Below are positions 20,301-28,617 of a DNA stretch of 64,000 nucleotides, piece by piece. The position numbers were made by a program, and so were the translations under genes. This DNA is from an uncultured Gammaproteobacteria bacterium (GTDB lineage Bacteria > Pseudomonadota > Gammaproteobacteria > SZUA-140): contig CAMYIG010000001.1 in the NCBI GenBank assembly GCA_947258425.1, positions 866 to 64,865 of the forward strand, written 5' to 3'. Position 1 is the stretch's first letter; the number at the start of each line of letters is the position of its first letter. Below the pieces are notes generated by a model. It did not search any database. It saw nothing but the letters and a program-made list of their open reading frames with translations, and had not been told where the DNA came from.

Positions 20301-21503
20301 GGCCTGTGGTGCACCGGTAAACACCACCGGTTTCAGACTCTCAGAACCACTCTTACCCTGCGTTGAAAGCTCTCTCAAAATATCTACGCCAGTAAAATAG
20401 TTATGATCCAGGTCATTCCATAACTGCTGCTGCACCACTTTCGCCTCATCGAGAAAATGGGCCTTGTCACCAATATCGATATCCAGCAGGCTAAATGAAG
20501 CGGCCTCACCGACAATGTTGTTGACCTGAGGGTCGAGTGGAAAACGATTAAACTGAGGGATATTCAGACAGAAATTTCGACTTTGACTCCACATCGCAAT
20601 CACATAAGCGTATGCCGTTAGCAAAACCACAATGGGGGTGACACCACTTTGATTGCAGTGCTGTTTAATACTGTTCCAGCTAGTTGCGCCCAGTTTAAGG
20701 CCTAGCCGGGTAAAGCGTCCCTCGTCAACTTCCTGAGGTGTTTTGGCAAGCGGCAGATCTGGTGCTGCAGACATGCGATCAATGCGTTGCTTCCAGTAAT
20801 CGGCATCTGCTTTAAATTTACTTGATTTTTTTAACGCGCGCTCAGCAAATACATAATCTCTAAATGTCAGATTAAGCGGGGGCAATGGCTCATCAGGACG
20901 ATGATAAAGCTGCGCCCATTCGGTGAAAATCACCGTCAAACTCCAGCCATCTACAATCAGCGCATCGAAACCGATATGCAGCCGTAACAGTCCATCTCTC
21001 AATTGTGCCGCAGTAATGGTAAACAGTGGCCACTGGTCTGAAGGTAGCACCTGATGTGAAATATTGTATCGCAGCTCCGCCAACTTCTTCTCGCGCGCAC
21101 CTTCATCGTGCTGCGTAAGGTCGACATAATCTATTTTATAGTCGGGTGTCTCCTCTAAAATCCGCTGATCACCATCGCGACTGATCACAACCCGCATCAT
21201 TTCATGCCGCACTATAAGCTTACAAAACGCCTCATTTAAACGCGCATAGTCAAGTTCATCTTCAATTTCATGATAAGCATAGCCCGCGACTTTACCCATC
21301 TCAAATGCGCCACTGCGTCCAATCCAGTACGCCTGCTGAAGTTCAGTCAACGGAAAAGGATCATAACGCTGGGCAGGGTTCGCCGTGATTTTATCAGATG
21401 CGATGTCAATCTTTTCAGCCGCCTGCTTCTGCGCAAGCTTCTTGATTAATAAAGCTCGCTTTTCAGGAGTAAGCCCTTCTAGCCGTTTTTTAAGGTCTGT
21501 CAT
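17322..21503 (-). CDS. NRPS2: Cy-A(Cys-like)-T-Ox (heterocyclisation plus FMN-type oxidase, thiazole-forming architecture)
   Basis: - Cy domain about 20034-21362: FPLTELQQAYWIGR, and DALIVDGWS (DxxxxD in place of HHxxxDG).
- A domain about 18489-19976: LAYVIYTSGSTGTPKGV, HHDMSIYD, IWNSVPAMM, LGGDWIP, VGGPTETT.
- T domain about 18234-18446: ISMGANSLD.
- C-terminal nitroreductase/SagB-like Ox domain about 17469-18056: YSSPGGLYATQVYLHV...CQIGG. Confidence 0.9.
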   Translation of the reverse strand: MTDLKKRLEGLTPEKRALLIKKLAQKQAAEKIDIASDKITANPAQRYDPFPLTELQQAYWIGRSGAFEMGKVAGYAYHEIEDELDYARLNEAFCKLIVRHEMMRVVISRDGDQRILEETPDYKIDYVDLTQHDEGAREKKLAELRYNISHQVLPSDQWPLFTITAAQLRDGLLRLHIGFDALIVDGWSLTVIFTEWAQLYHRPDEPLPPLNLTFRDYVFAERALKKSSKFKADADYWKQRIDRMSAAPDLPLAKTPQEVDEGRFTRLGLKLGATSWNSIKQHCNQSGVTPIVVLLTAYAYVIAMWSQSRNFCLNIPQFNRFPLDPQVNNIVGEAASFSLLDIDIGDKAHFLDEAKVVQQQLWNDLDHNYFTGVDILRELSTQGKSGSESLKPVVFTGAPQAPDGTSAYTVNAARLIGNVTFAVNQTPQVWLDNHIYEYKGVLGVDWDYVSELFPDGLQEDMGHAYIQLLEWLAADQSAWQASWLEITTRLLPESQKIRRAQVNDNQRDVPQGLLQDLFIAHAETAGDSDAVITTQRTLNYRELLGLANRWGRRLRELNAMPNKLVAIVMDKGWEQAVAAYGVLQSGAAYAPMDALQPSERLCKLLANSGVELVLTQSWLVDKINWPEGLTLLCVDSDDIAEYDDGPLAHLQTPDDLAYVIYTSGSTGTPKGVMLNHRGVVNAIVETNRCFNVGSDDRVLAVTALHHDMSIYDMFGMLGAGGSIVMPDPEERRDPAHWVDMMQKFRPTIWNSVPAMMDMLLCYVESHPGTAPDSLRTAFLGGDWIPLGLPARLKKETGAQLVSVGGPTETTLWNIWYPVEQIDPTWKSIPYGKPIANTRYYILDEALAPCPDWVAGEMCVAGIGVAMGYWQDEQKTAEKFVKHPETGERIYRTGDLGRYLPDGNIQFVGRTDFQIKIQGQRIECGEVEAALQQHESVISAVVTVAQTGKQRLLAYLVKAPGYAIDENKLREHLASRLPDYMVPAMFITLDELPLTRNGKVDRKSLPEPQDSPSESALSANNSEIVTQLNAMICELLSMDNLSNEANLISMGANSLDMVKIGNQLEKMFGFRPRMDEIFRLQSVNAIADYCRSNSAQDNKEKTVEDEGELSGVKALIASYQQLRDPAEREAFKNSQPGIRKNDEGKEFLQLKKPVDDEAFRKKYANRFSHRRFSLECIPFDQFSDFLSCFYQIEVDGKPKYLYSSPGGLYATQVYLHVKPGRIEGIPAGTYYYHPIEHRLVTLTKDAQISRAIHVPYVNTPIYDEAAFSLFFVTDLGAVAPSYGKYSTYLAKLETGIIAHLIDESAREHDLAVCQIGGANFDKVRALFDVEERHYFVHSLLGGAIYRNGENNVAIKEDVNSRVIGLIERIKQLSKGEVSDQLSARSLVEQKGVVK

Positions 21504-21641
21504 ATGCTATTAATTTTTTTATTGAATACTTTTTTAGCTTAATACCATCATCATAATCATCAGTTAAATACAGGATTTAAACCGAATACAACGACAGCGA
21601 TTATCACAATCAACATGCAAAAGTGAGGATAATATTCTTTA

Positions 21642-24600
21642 TCATTCGTCTTCAAGCTCACCCAATAGCGCAAGCAACTCATCTTCGTTTACATTCTCCA
21701 GCATCATCTGTTCAATCTTGCTGGAAAAATCGACCAATCGAGGCGAAAGAAAGATCGCTTGAAGTGGAATATCAATCGCAAAGTCCTGTCGGATGCGTGT
21801 AATCAACTGCACCGCGATCAACGAATGCCCGCCAATCTCGAAGAAATTATCGTACAACCCCACCTGCTTGAGCCCCAGTAACGCCTGTAAAATAGTAGCG
21901 ACCTGAATCTCAACTTCGCTAGCAGGTGCGACATATTCTGCCTGAGTATCAATATTCCCTTGCTCCGGCACTGGGAGTTTTTTACGATTAATTTTTCCAT
22001 TCGGTAATAATGGCAATCCCGCTAGCACGACGTAATTTACGGGCACCATAAATTCAGGTAAATGTTGTCCCAGATAGTTGCGTAGCGCATTGATATTGAT
22101 GTCAGTGCCTGTGTCTGGCACCACATACGCAACAAGCTTTTTATTCCCGGGCTCATCTTCTCGCAGTAGCACAAGCGCGTCATTCACTTCGGTATTCTCT
22201 AACAGAAGCTTCTCGATCTCACCCAGCTCAATCCGATAGCCATGTAGCTTGACCTGATGGTCGATGCGCCCCATGAACTCCAGCCGCCCATCACGACCCA
22301 TGCAGACCAGGTCGCCCGTTCGATACATACGGTCATTTAAATCACCACTCACACTGTTTTTTACAAACTTTTCAGCAGTGAGCTCGGGGCGATTCAGATA
22401 ACCCCGTACCACGCCGTCACCGGCAATTACCAGTTCACCCGGCACACCCAGCGGCTGAAGTTGCATATTGTTATCCAGCACATAGGTCTGTGTATTCGCA
22501 ATCGGGGAGCCCAATGGAATATCTGCGTCTGCCTCATGTAAATGATACGTGGTTGACCAGATCGTCGTCTCAGTCGGCCCGTACATATTCGTCACTTGAC
22601 CTTTCACCAATGAACGCAGCTTTACTGCCAACTGACTCGAAAAGGCTTCACCGCCCACCATCATATGAGACAAGCATCCCAGTGCGTGATGCATCTGCTG
22701 GTCTGATGCCAGCATATTGGCCATCGTTGGCGTACATTGAAAATGCGTGACGTTGTGTCGCTCGATAAGTGCAGCGATGGAATAATCCTTATCCGCCCCA
22801 TCAGACTGCGGCGGGTTAGCCGCCTCCTTCACCTGGCTTAGATAATGGAGGTGGGCCAGTACTTTTTCGGTCTCGATGCCAAAATCGATCAGACAACCGA
22901 TCTCATCCACCCCTATTTCCTTGAGTTGATCTGCACGTTCAACGCATCGTTCAACATTCCCAAAGAGCCCGCTGTGGTTATAATAGCGATCAAACGCGAA
23001 GGCCAGCAGGCTATCTCTATCCTCATCAGAAATATTATTAAAAAACTCATCCATGGTCTGCTCTGTACCCTCGGATACCTGCTTCCACGCCGGGCTATGC
23101 CACGCGGCCGCTTTCACCAGAGAAACTGCACTTTCCAGATAGTCCATCATCGGCTGCTGTGCAACATCACGCACCTGCGCCTCATCATCGCCGATGAAGG
23201 TGTGTAGCATTAATGTGACTTGCCCATCACCTGCATGACCGGCCTCTTTCCAGGCGCTACGATAGAGCCGAATATTCTCTGCCACCTTTTCAATATCCTG
23301 TCCGAGCAGGTGCGTCAGCACATGTGCACCAATTGATCCAGCCTGTCGGAAGGTGTCAGGATTCACCGCAACCGTTACCCAAATTGGTAACTTTTCCTGA
23401 ATAGGTCTAGGGTAGGTGCGGACTTCAACATCGCCTTTCGGCCCCGCAAACGTGACAGCCTCACCTTTCCATAATTGCTGGATAGTCTCAACGGAATCAA
23501 ACATGATCTCTTTTGCGCGCGCATGATTCTCAGGCTTGATCACAAAATCATTCGGCTGCCAGCCGGGCGCAATCGAAAGCCCCGCACGGCCATTGGAAAG
23601 GTTATCCACCACCGACCACTCTTCTGCGATGCGAATAGGGCTATGCAGTGGCACCACACAACTGCCCGCACGAATACCGATGTTTTGCGTAGTGGCCGCC
23701 AGTGCGGCACCGATGACTGAGGGGTTAGGGTACAGTCCGCCAAAGGCACCGAAATGTCGCTCAGGTGTCCATAGCGCTTCGAAGCCATTTTTGTCGGCGT
23801 ATTTAGCGCTTTCGAGCAGTAACTTATACTTATCTGCCTCGCGAGATGCCTCGTCTTTTACAAAATTCCAGTAAAAAAGACTAAAGGCAATCGGCTGAGC
23901 GGGGTATCGTGTCGCCACTTCCCCAGCCTTCAGGTCATCACCGGCGTAGAGCACCAGTTTAAACCCTCGACAGAGACTCCAGAAAATCTCAAGCACGGAG
24001 ATATCAAACGATATACTGGTCACAGCCAACCACACACCCGGGGAATCATGCGCAATGCGCTCATCCATGCCTGCGAAGAAATTCACCACATTACGGTGTT
24101 CGACCATCACCCCTTTGGGACGCCCGGTCGAGCCCGAAGTATATATCACATAAGCCAGACTCGATGACGCGCACGGGATTTCAAGATTATTATCGCTCTC
24201 GACATCGATTCGACTTCGCTCAAGATCAACCTGCAACAACTTTTCACCGGGCAGATAATTTGCGTAATCAGACTGGGTAACTACCAACGCCAGCTCTGCG
24301 TCATCGGCCATATAAACCAAACGATCTTTGGGATAAGTGGGATCCAGTGGCACATAGGCCGCGCCTGTTTTCCACGTTGCCAATAGCGCGATCACCATAT
24401 CAAAGGAACGATCCAACATCACACCGACCAGATCATCTACACCCACGCCATGTTTTACCAGATAGTGCGCCAGCTGATTTGCGCGAGCATTCAACTCATG
24501 ATAACTGAGGCTGTCATTGTGAAATGCCAGCGCGGATGTATCCGGTGTAGACACTACTTGTTGTTCAAACAGCTGAAATACACATCGATTTTCAGGGTAT

Positions 24601-27600
24601 GCAGTGGCAGTACCCGTGGCTATTTTTAATATGGCCTGTTGCTCTTCTCTCGGTAAAATCGGCACACTCGCTACCGGCGTATTGAGATCTTCAACCATGA
24701 CCTCCAGCACTTTTAGATAGTGCGCCAGCATACTTTCCATACGCGCTTGCGAGAAAAGGTCGGTGCAATATTCAAGTACCGCCTCCAGTCCAGAGGGACG
24801 CTCCCACATATAAAGGGTCATGTCATATTTTGAAGTACCACTATGAGTGTCCAGCTGTATCGTCCGCATGCCGGGAAGATTCATCACCGATTCATGCTCA
24901 AGCGCATCAAAAATAAACATCACCTGAAAAACCGGTGCATAACGTAAATCACGCTCTGGATTGAGCGCCTCAACCAATTTATCGAATGGCAATCCCTGAT
25001 GCGCAAAATCTGCAATGGTCGTCTTACGCACGCGGGCGATCAACTCTCTCAGTGAAACATCGCCTGATAGATCACAACATAAAGGGAGTGAGTTCATAAA
25101 CAGTCCGAGCATCGCTTCGGTCTCGAGCGGCTCGCGGTTCGCGACCGCAGTACCGACCACAAAATTCTCCTGTGATGAGTAGCGGTGGAGCAGTAATTGA
25201 TAGGCCGCCAACAGCAGCATAAATAGACTGGAACGCTCCTGTTGCGCAATGATATTAAGTCGCTGATGTAGCGCAGACGGTATCTTCAGGGTCACAGAAC
25301 TGCCATTAAATTGCTGCACGGACGAGCGTGGGAAATCAGTTGGTAACTCCAGTACCGGCGGCATCTGCTTTAACCGAGGCAGCCAGTAATCAATCTCCGC
25401 CTGAAGACGATCATCGGCCATATAAGTACTTTGCCAGGCAGTATAGTCAGCGTAATCGGCTGAGAGCTGAGGTAATTGCGGTTCAACGCCACTCACCATC
25501 GCACCATATACCTGCTCGAGCTCGCTTGCCAGCAGACGCACTGACCAGCCGTCAAACACGATGTGATGGATCACAAACGTCATCACATATTTTGATGGTG
25601 CCAGTTTGATAATATTGCAGCGCCACAACGGTCCCTGTTCGATATCGAACAGAGTGTGCGCCTCATTTGTGATCAACTTATCTATTTCCGCCTGCGGATC
25701 TGACGCCTGACTCAAGTCATGCATGAATACCGGCAAGTCGACCTGACCCGCTATCACCTGTGTCGGCGCGCCCCCTTTCACTGAAAACGTGGTACGCATT
25801 GAAGCGTGGCGCTTAACGATTACCGCCATCGCTTGTTTAAAGAGCTCGGGATCAAAATCACCATCGATCTTAAATGCATAAGGGATGTTATAGAGTGCGC
25901 CCACCTGCTCCATTTGCTCAAAAAACCAGATGCGACTCTGCATAAATGAAAGCGGGATATCGCCAGCATGTTCTTTTTTGTGTAGCACTGGTTGTGTCAC
26001 GGCCACATCCGTTACTGCCGATGACGAGATATATTTCGCAAGTTCAGCAATGGTGGGGGAGTTAAAGAGTGCAGTAATAGAAAGCTGCACACCGAACTCA
26101 CGCCGCAACCGGGCGACCATCTGCGCGGCCAGCAGGGAGTGGCCACCGGCATGAAAAAAATTAGCGTTCACACCTACTCTCTCTACACCCAAAAGGGCCT
26201 GCCATATCGCTGCGATCCTGGTTTCTGTATCGCCTGTCGGTGCAACATAATCACGATCTTCGAACAGGTCCGCGTACCGAGGATGGGGTAGCGCCTTTTT
26301 ATCCACCTTGCCATTCGCCGTTAAAGGAATCTCCGCAACAAAGACAAAATGCTGTGGAACCATATGGACAGGCAGACCATTGGCGACATAATCACGTAGT
26401 GCATCGACCTGTAGGCTGTCAGACTTTTTAACCACATACGCCACCAGGCGCTGGTCACCCACACCCAATTCAATGACATTCAATGCAACCTGCTTAACCT
26501 CGGGGTACGCAATGAGAAGCGATTCGATCTCACCAAGTTCTATTCTAAAGCCGCGCAATTGCACCTGGTCGTCAATTCGCCCTAGGTATTCCAGTTCATT
26601 ATTGGAGAGGCGGCGCGCTAAATCGCCAGTACGATACAGTCGGATGACAGTGCCGTTTTCTAACGTGTGGTTAATAAAACGTTCTGCGGTCAAGTCAGGC
26701 CGATTCAAATAGCCCTTCGATAGACCATCGCCGGCAACATACAGCTCCCCTTTCTGCCCATCGATAACAGGCTTCATCGCGTCATCAAAAAGATAGAGTT
26801 TCAGGTCTGGAATGGCCCGGCCAATCAGACTCCCCTTCGGGTGATCCACATCATCACGAGAAATGGGACGATACGTCACGTGCACGGTTGTTTCGGTGAT
26901 ACCGTACATATTAATCAATTGCGGGGCGTTGTCTCCGTGACGGGAAATCCACGGTTTTAAAGCGGCCAGGTTGAGCGCTTCACCGCCGAAGATCACATAA
27001 CGTAACGCCAGTGTATCTGCTGTGTGTCGCTCTTCATCCACCAGCTGTAGCTGCTGGAATGCTGAGGGGGTTTGATTCAGGACGGTGACCCCTTGCGATA
27101 TCAGCAGGGTATAAAACAATTCCGGGGTGCGTGCTGTTTCCGCTGACACAATCACCAGGCTGCCACCGTAGCTCAGCGCGCCCCAAATCTCCCACACAGA
27201 AAAATCAAAGGCATATGAGTGAAACAGGGTCCAGACATCATCCACACCAAAATCAAACCAGTGGTTAGTGGAATCAAAAAGCCGGGATACATTTTTATGA
27301 GTTACCTGCACTCCTTTGGGTGCCCCGGTAGAGCCCGAGGTATAGATGACATAGGCAAGGTGCTCGTCAGTCACCGCTACAGCAGGATTTTCTACTGTCG
27401 ATGAACCCTTCTCCATCGCATCAATCAATAAAATTTTAGCCGAACAGGCGGGTAAATTTTCGACCAGCGTCTGCTGCGTTACCAGTACAGCAGGTTTGGC
27501 ATCATTCAGGGTGTAGGCAATACGGGAAGCGGGGTAATTCGGGTCAACCGGCACATAGGCAGCGCCTGCCTTTAAAATACCCAAAATACCGATCACTGTA

Positions 27601-27815
27601 TCAAATGAGCGCGAAACACATAACCCAACCAGTGAACCCGGCGTGACCTCCTGTGTGATAAGCGCATTGGCGAGCTGGTTTGCCTGAGCATTAAGCTCAC
27701 CATAGGTAAGCTGGCGATCCTCCCAGATCAAGGCCGTCTTATCAGGATTACGTTGCGCATTGAGTTCAAAGCGCTGGTAACAGGTCGAAAGAGTAGTCAC
27801 ACAATCACCATTCAC
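21642..27815 (-). CDS. NRPS1: A(Thr-like)-T-C-A(Gly-like, split by a luciferase-like monooxygenase domain)-T
   Basis: - A1 about 26271-27788: LAYVIYTSGSTGAPKGV, AFDFSVWE, NMYGITETT.
- T1 about 26031-26243: FFHAGGHSLL.
- C about 24666-25973: HHIVFDGWS.
- A2 about 21966-24593: LAYVIYTSGSTGRPKGV, SFDISVLE ... NMYGPTETT, YRTGDL, PNGKINRK.
- T2 about 21726-21938: FFEIGGHSLI.
- Starts directly with an A domain (loading module). Confidence 0.92.
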   Translation of the reverse strand: MNGDCVTTLSTCYQRFELNAQRNPDKTALIWEDRQLTYGELNAQANQLANALITQEVTPGSLVGLCVSRSFDTVIGILGILKAGAAYVPVDPNYPASRIAYTLNDAKPAVLVTQQTLVENLPACSAKILLIDAMEKGSSTVENPAVAVTDEHLAYVIYTSGSTGAPKGVQVTHKNVSRLFDSTNHWFDFGVDDVWTLFHSYAFDFSVWEIWGALSYGGSLVIVSAETARTPELFYTLLISQGVTVLNQTPSAFQQLQLVDEERHTADTLALRYVIFGGEALNLAALKPWISRHGDNAPQLINMYGITETTVHVTYRPISRDDVDHPKGSLIGRAIPDLKLYLFDDAMKPVIDGQKGELYVAGDGLSKGYLNRPDLTAERFINHTLENGTVIRLYRTGDLARRLSNNELEYLGRIDDQVQLRGFRIELGEIESLLIAYPEVKQVALNVIELGVGDQRLVAYVVKKSDSLQVDALRDYVANGLPVHMVPQHFVFVAEIPLTANGKVDKKALPHPRYADLFEDRDYVAPTGDTETRIAAIWQALLGVERVGVNANFFHAGGHSLLAAQMVARLRREFGVQLSITALFNSPTIAELAKYISSSAVTDVAVTQPVLHKKEHAGDIPLSFMQSRIWFFEQMEQVGALYNIPYAFKIDGDFDPELFKQAMAVIVKRHASMRTTFSVKGGAPTQVIAGQVDLPVFMHDLSQASDPQAEIDKLITNEAHTLFDIEQGPLWRCNIIKLAPSKYVMTFVIHHIVFDGWSVRLLASELEQVYGAMVSGVEPQLPQLSADYADYTAWQSTYMADDRLQAEIDYWLPRLKQMPPVLELPTDFPRSSVQQFNGSSVTLKIPSALHQRLNIIAQQERSSLFMLLLAAYQLLLHRYSSQENFVVGTAVANREPLETEAMLGLFMNSLPLCCDLSGDVSLRELIARVRKTTIADFAHQGLPFDKLVEALNPERDLRYAPVFQVMFIFDALEHESVMNLPGMRTIQLDTHSGTSKYDMTLYMWERPSGLEAVLEYCTDLFSQARMESMLAHYLKVLEVMVEDLNTPVASVPILPREEQQAILKIATGTATAYPENRCVFQLFEQQVVSTPDTSALAFHNDSLSYHELNARANQLAHYLVKHGVGVDDLVGVMLDRSFDMVIALLATWKTGAAYVPLDPTYPKDRLVYMADDAELALVVTQSDYANYLPGEKLLQVDLERSRIDVESDNNLEIPCASSSLAYVIYTSGSTGRPKGVMVEHRNVVNFFAGMDERIAHDSPGVWLAVTSISFDISVLEIFWSLCRGFKLVLYAGDDLKAGEVATRYPAQPIAFSLFYWNFVKDEASREADKYKLLLESAKYADKNGFEALWTPERHFGAFGGLYPNPSVIGAALAATTQNIGIRAGSCVVPLHSPIRIAEEWSVVDNLSNGRAGLSIAPGWQPNDFVIKPENHARAKEIMFDSVETIQQLWKGEAVTFAGPKGDVEVRTYPRPIQEKLPIWVTVAVNPDTFRQAGSIGAHVLTHLLGQDIEKVAENIRLYRSAWKEAGHAGDGQVTLMLHTFIGDDEAQVRDVAQQPMMDYLESAVSLVKAAAWHSPAWKQVSEGTEQTMDEFFNNISDEDRDSLLAFAFDRYYNHSGLFGNVERCVERADQLKEIGVDEIGCLIDFGIETEKVLAHLHYLSQVKEAANPPQSDGADKDYSIAALIERHNVTHFQCTPTMANMLASDQQMHHALGCLSHMMVGGEAFSSQLAVKLRSLVKGQVTNMYGPTETTIWSTTYHLHEADADIPLGSPIANTQTYVLDNNMQLQPLGVPGELVIAGDGVVRGYLNRPELTAEKFVKNSVSGDLNDRMYRTGDLVCMGRDGRLEFMGRIDHQVKLHGYRIELGEIEKLLLENTEVNDALVLLREDEPGNKKLVAYVVPDTGTDININALRNYLGQHLPEFMVPVNYVVLAGLPLLPNGKINRKKLPVPEQGNIDTQAEYVAPASEVEIQVATILQALLGLKQVGLYDNFFEIGGHSLIAVQLITRIRQDFAIDIPLQAIFLSPRLVDFSSKIEQMMLENVNEDELLALLGELEDE
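22821..23903 (-). other. Luciferase-like monooxygenase (MOx) domain inserted into the second A domain of NRPS1, between the A4 and A5 cores
   Basis: About 360 aa between SFDISVLE (A4 region) and VTHFQCTPT/MVGGEAF/NMYGPTETT: FSLFYWNFVKDE...ESAKYADKNGFEALWTPERHFGAFGGLYPNPSV...GRAGLSIAPGWQPNDF...MLHTFIGDDEAQ...GVDEIGCLIDFG. This is a TIM-barrel LLM-like sequence. Confidence 0.8.
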
Positions 27816-27882
27816 ATTTTTATATTAGCATTGATTTCAGCCTGTTTAAGTTCAGACCCTGTTGGACAACAAATAACATTAA

Positions 27883-28617
27883 TTAGTGCGGTGAGTTACT
27901 AGACCGCCAGAATGTCACGGCCTGTGACATCCCCTCAAATACATGAAATCCCGGATATTGTTCAACATTCCATGTATCATATTTTTCTAGCCAACCGACC
28001 GATGCAAGTACTTTATCGTGCACTGGTGTGACATACACCAGTCGAAAAGCACGAGGATTCTTATCCAGCGAGCAGCGAATCGCCGCAAGTACTTCTAACA
28101 CTGTAATTTCCCCAAAGGGGTTGAACATAAACACGACGGTTACATCGTCAAAATCATACGCCTGAGCCAACCCTTCACGAAGCTCGATGTCAGCCTTCCG
28201 CCCGCGCAATTTCTGAGCATTTAAACGCGCAATGGGTAAAAAACTGCTGTTATATTCAAGCCCAATCACGCGCCCAACGTCTGTTCGCGCAGCGACGCTG
28301 AGTGTTCGCCCTTTACCACATCCCAGATCGACAAAGACATCTCGAGCATCTAAAGCGAGATGTTTCATGATGTCATGCAACAACAGGTACGGCGTTGCTT
28401 CATAACGAAAGCCGTCCTGTGGCATACCGATATCAACGATTGCCTCGGTATTGATCCCTAAATAGCGCTCCCAAAACTTGTCATGGAGTCTTATTTCATA
28501 GGGTGCAGCCCCAATTGCCTCACCCTTTCTAAAAATATAACGCGCCAGAAGAACATCTTTGTTTTTGATAATGAATCTGGGTAACTTCACAAAAAGAAGT
28601 TTCAGCTGGTTTAACAA
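27883..28617 (-). CDS. Class I SAM-dependent methyltransferase, first gene of the NRPS operon
   Basis: Motif I VFVDLGCGKGR, post-I VIGLEYN, motif II-like VVFMFNPF. Located 67 nt upstream of NRPS1 on the same strand. Confidence 0.75.
   Translation of the reverse strand: MLNQLKLLFVKLPRFIIKNKDVLLARYIFRKGEAIGAAPYEIRLHDKFWERYLGINTEAIVDIGMPQDGFRYEATPYLLLHDIMKHLALDARDVFVDLGCGKGRTLSVAARTDVGRVIGLEYNSSFLPIARLNAQKLRGRKADIELREGLAQAYDFDDVTVVFMFNPFGEITVLEVLAAIRCSLDKNPRAFRLVYVTPVHDKVLASVGWLEKYDTWNVEQYPGFHVFEGMSQAVTFWRSSNSPH

Noticed and set aside
13937-27404. Many 60-170 aa ORFs antisense to or out of frame with the NRPS genes (for example 14434-14955, 18705-19184, 22845-23207, 23536-23874, 25328-25609)
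   Set aside because: All lie fully inside long ORFs with unambiguous NRPS core motifs. Their own translations have no recognisable features.
11540-28617. Possibility that the NRPS cluster is a siderophore system
   Set aside because: There is no TonB-dependent receptor, no periplasmic binding protein/ABC importer, and no salicylate/DHB or hydroxamate-forming genes in or beside the operon. There is also no visible Fur box. The only ABC ATPase (6327-7373) is separated by a strong terminator and unrelated genes.
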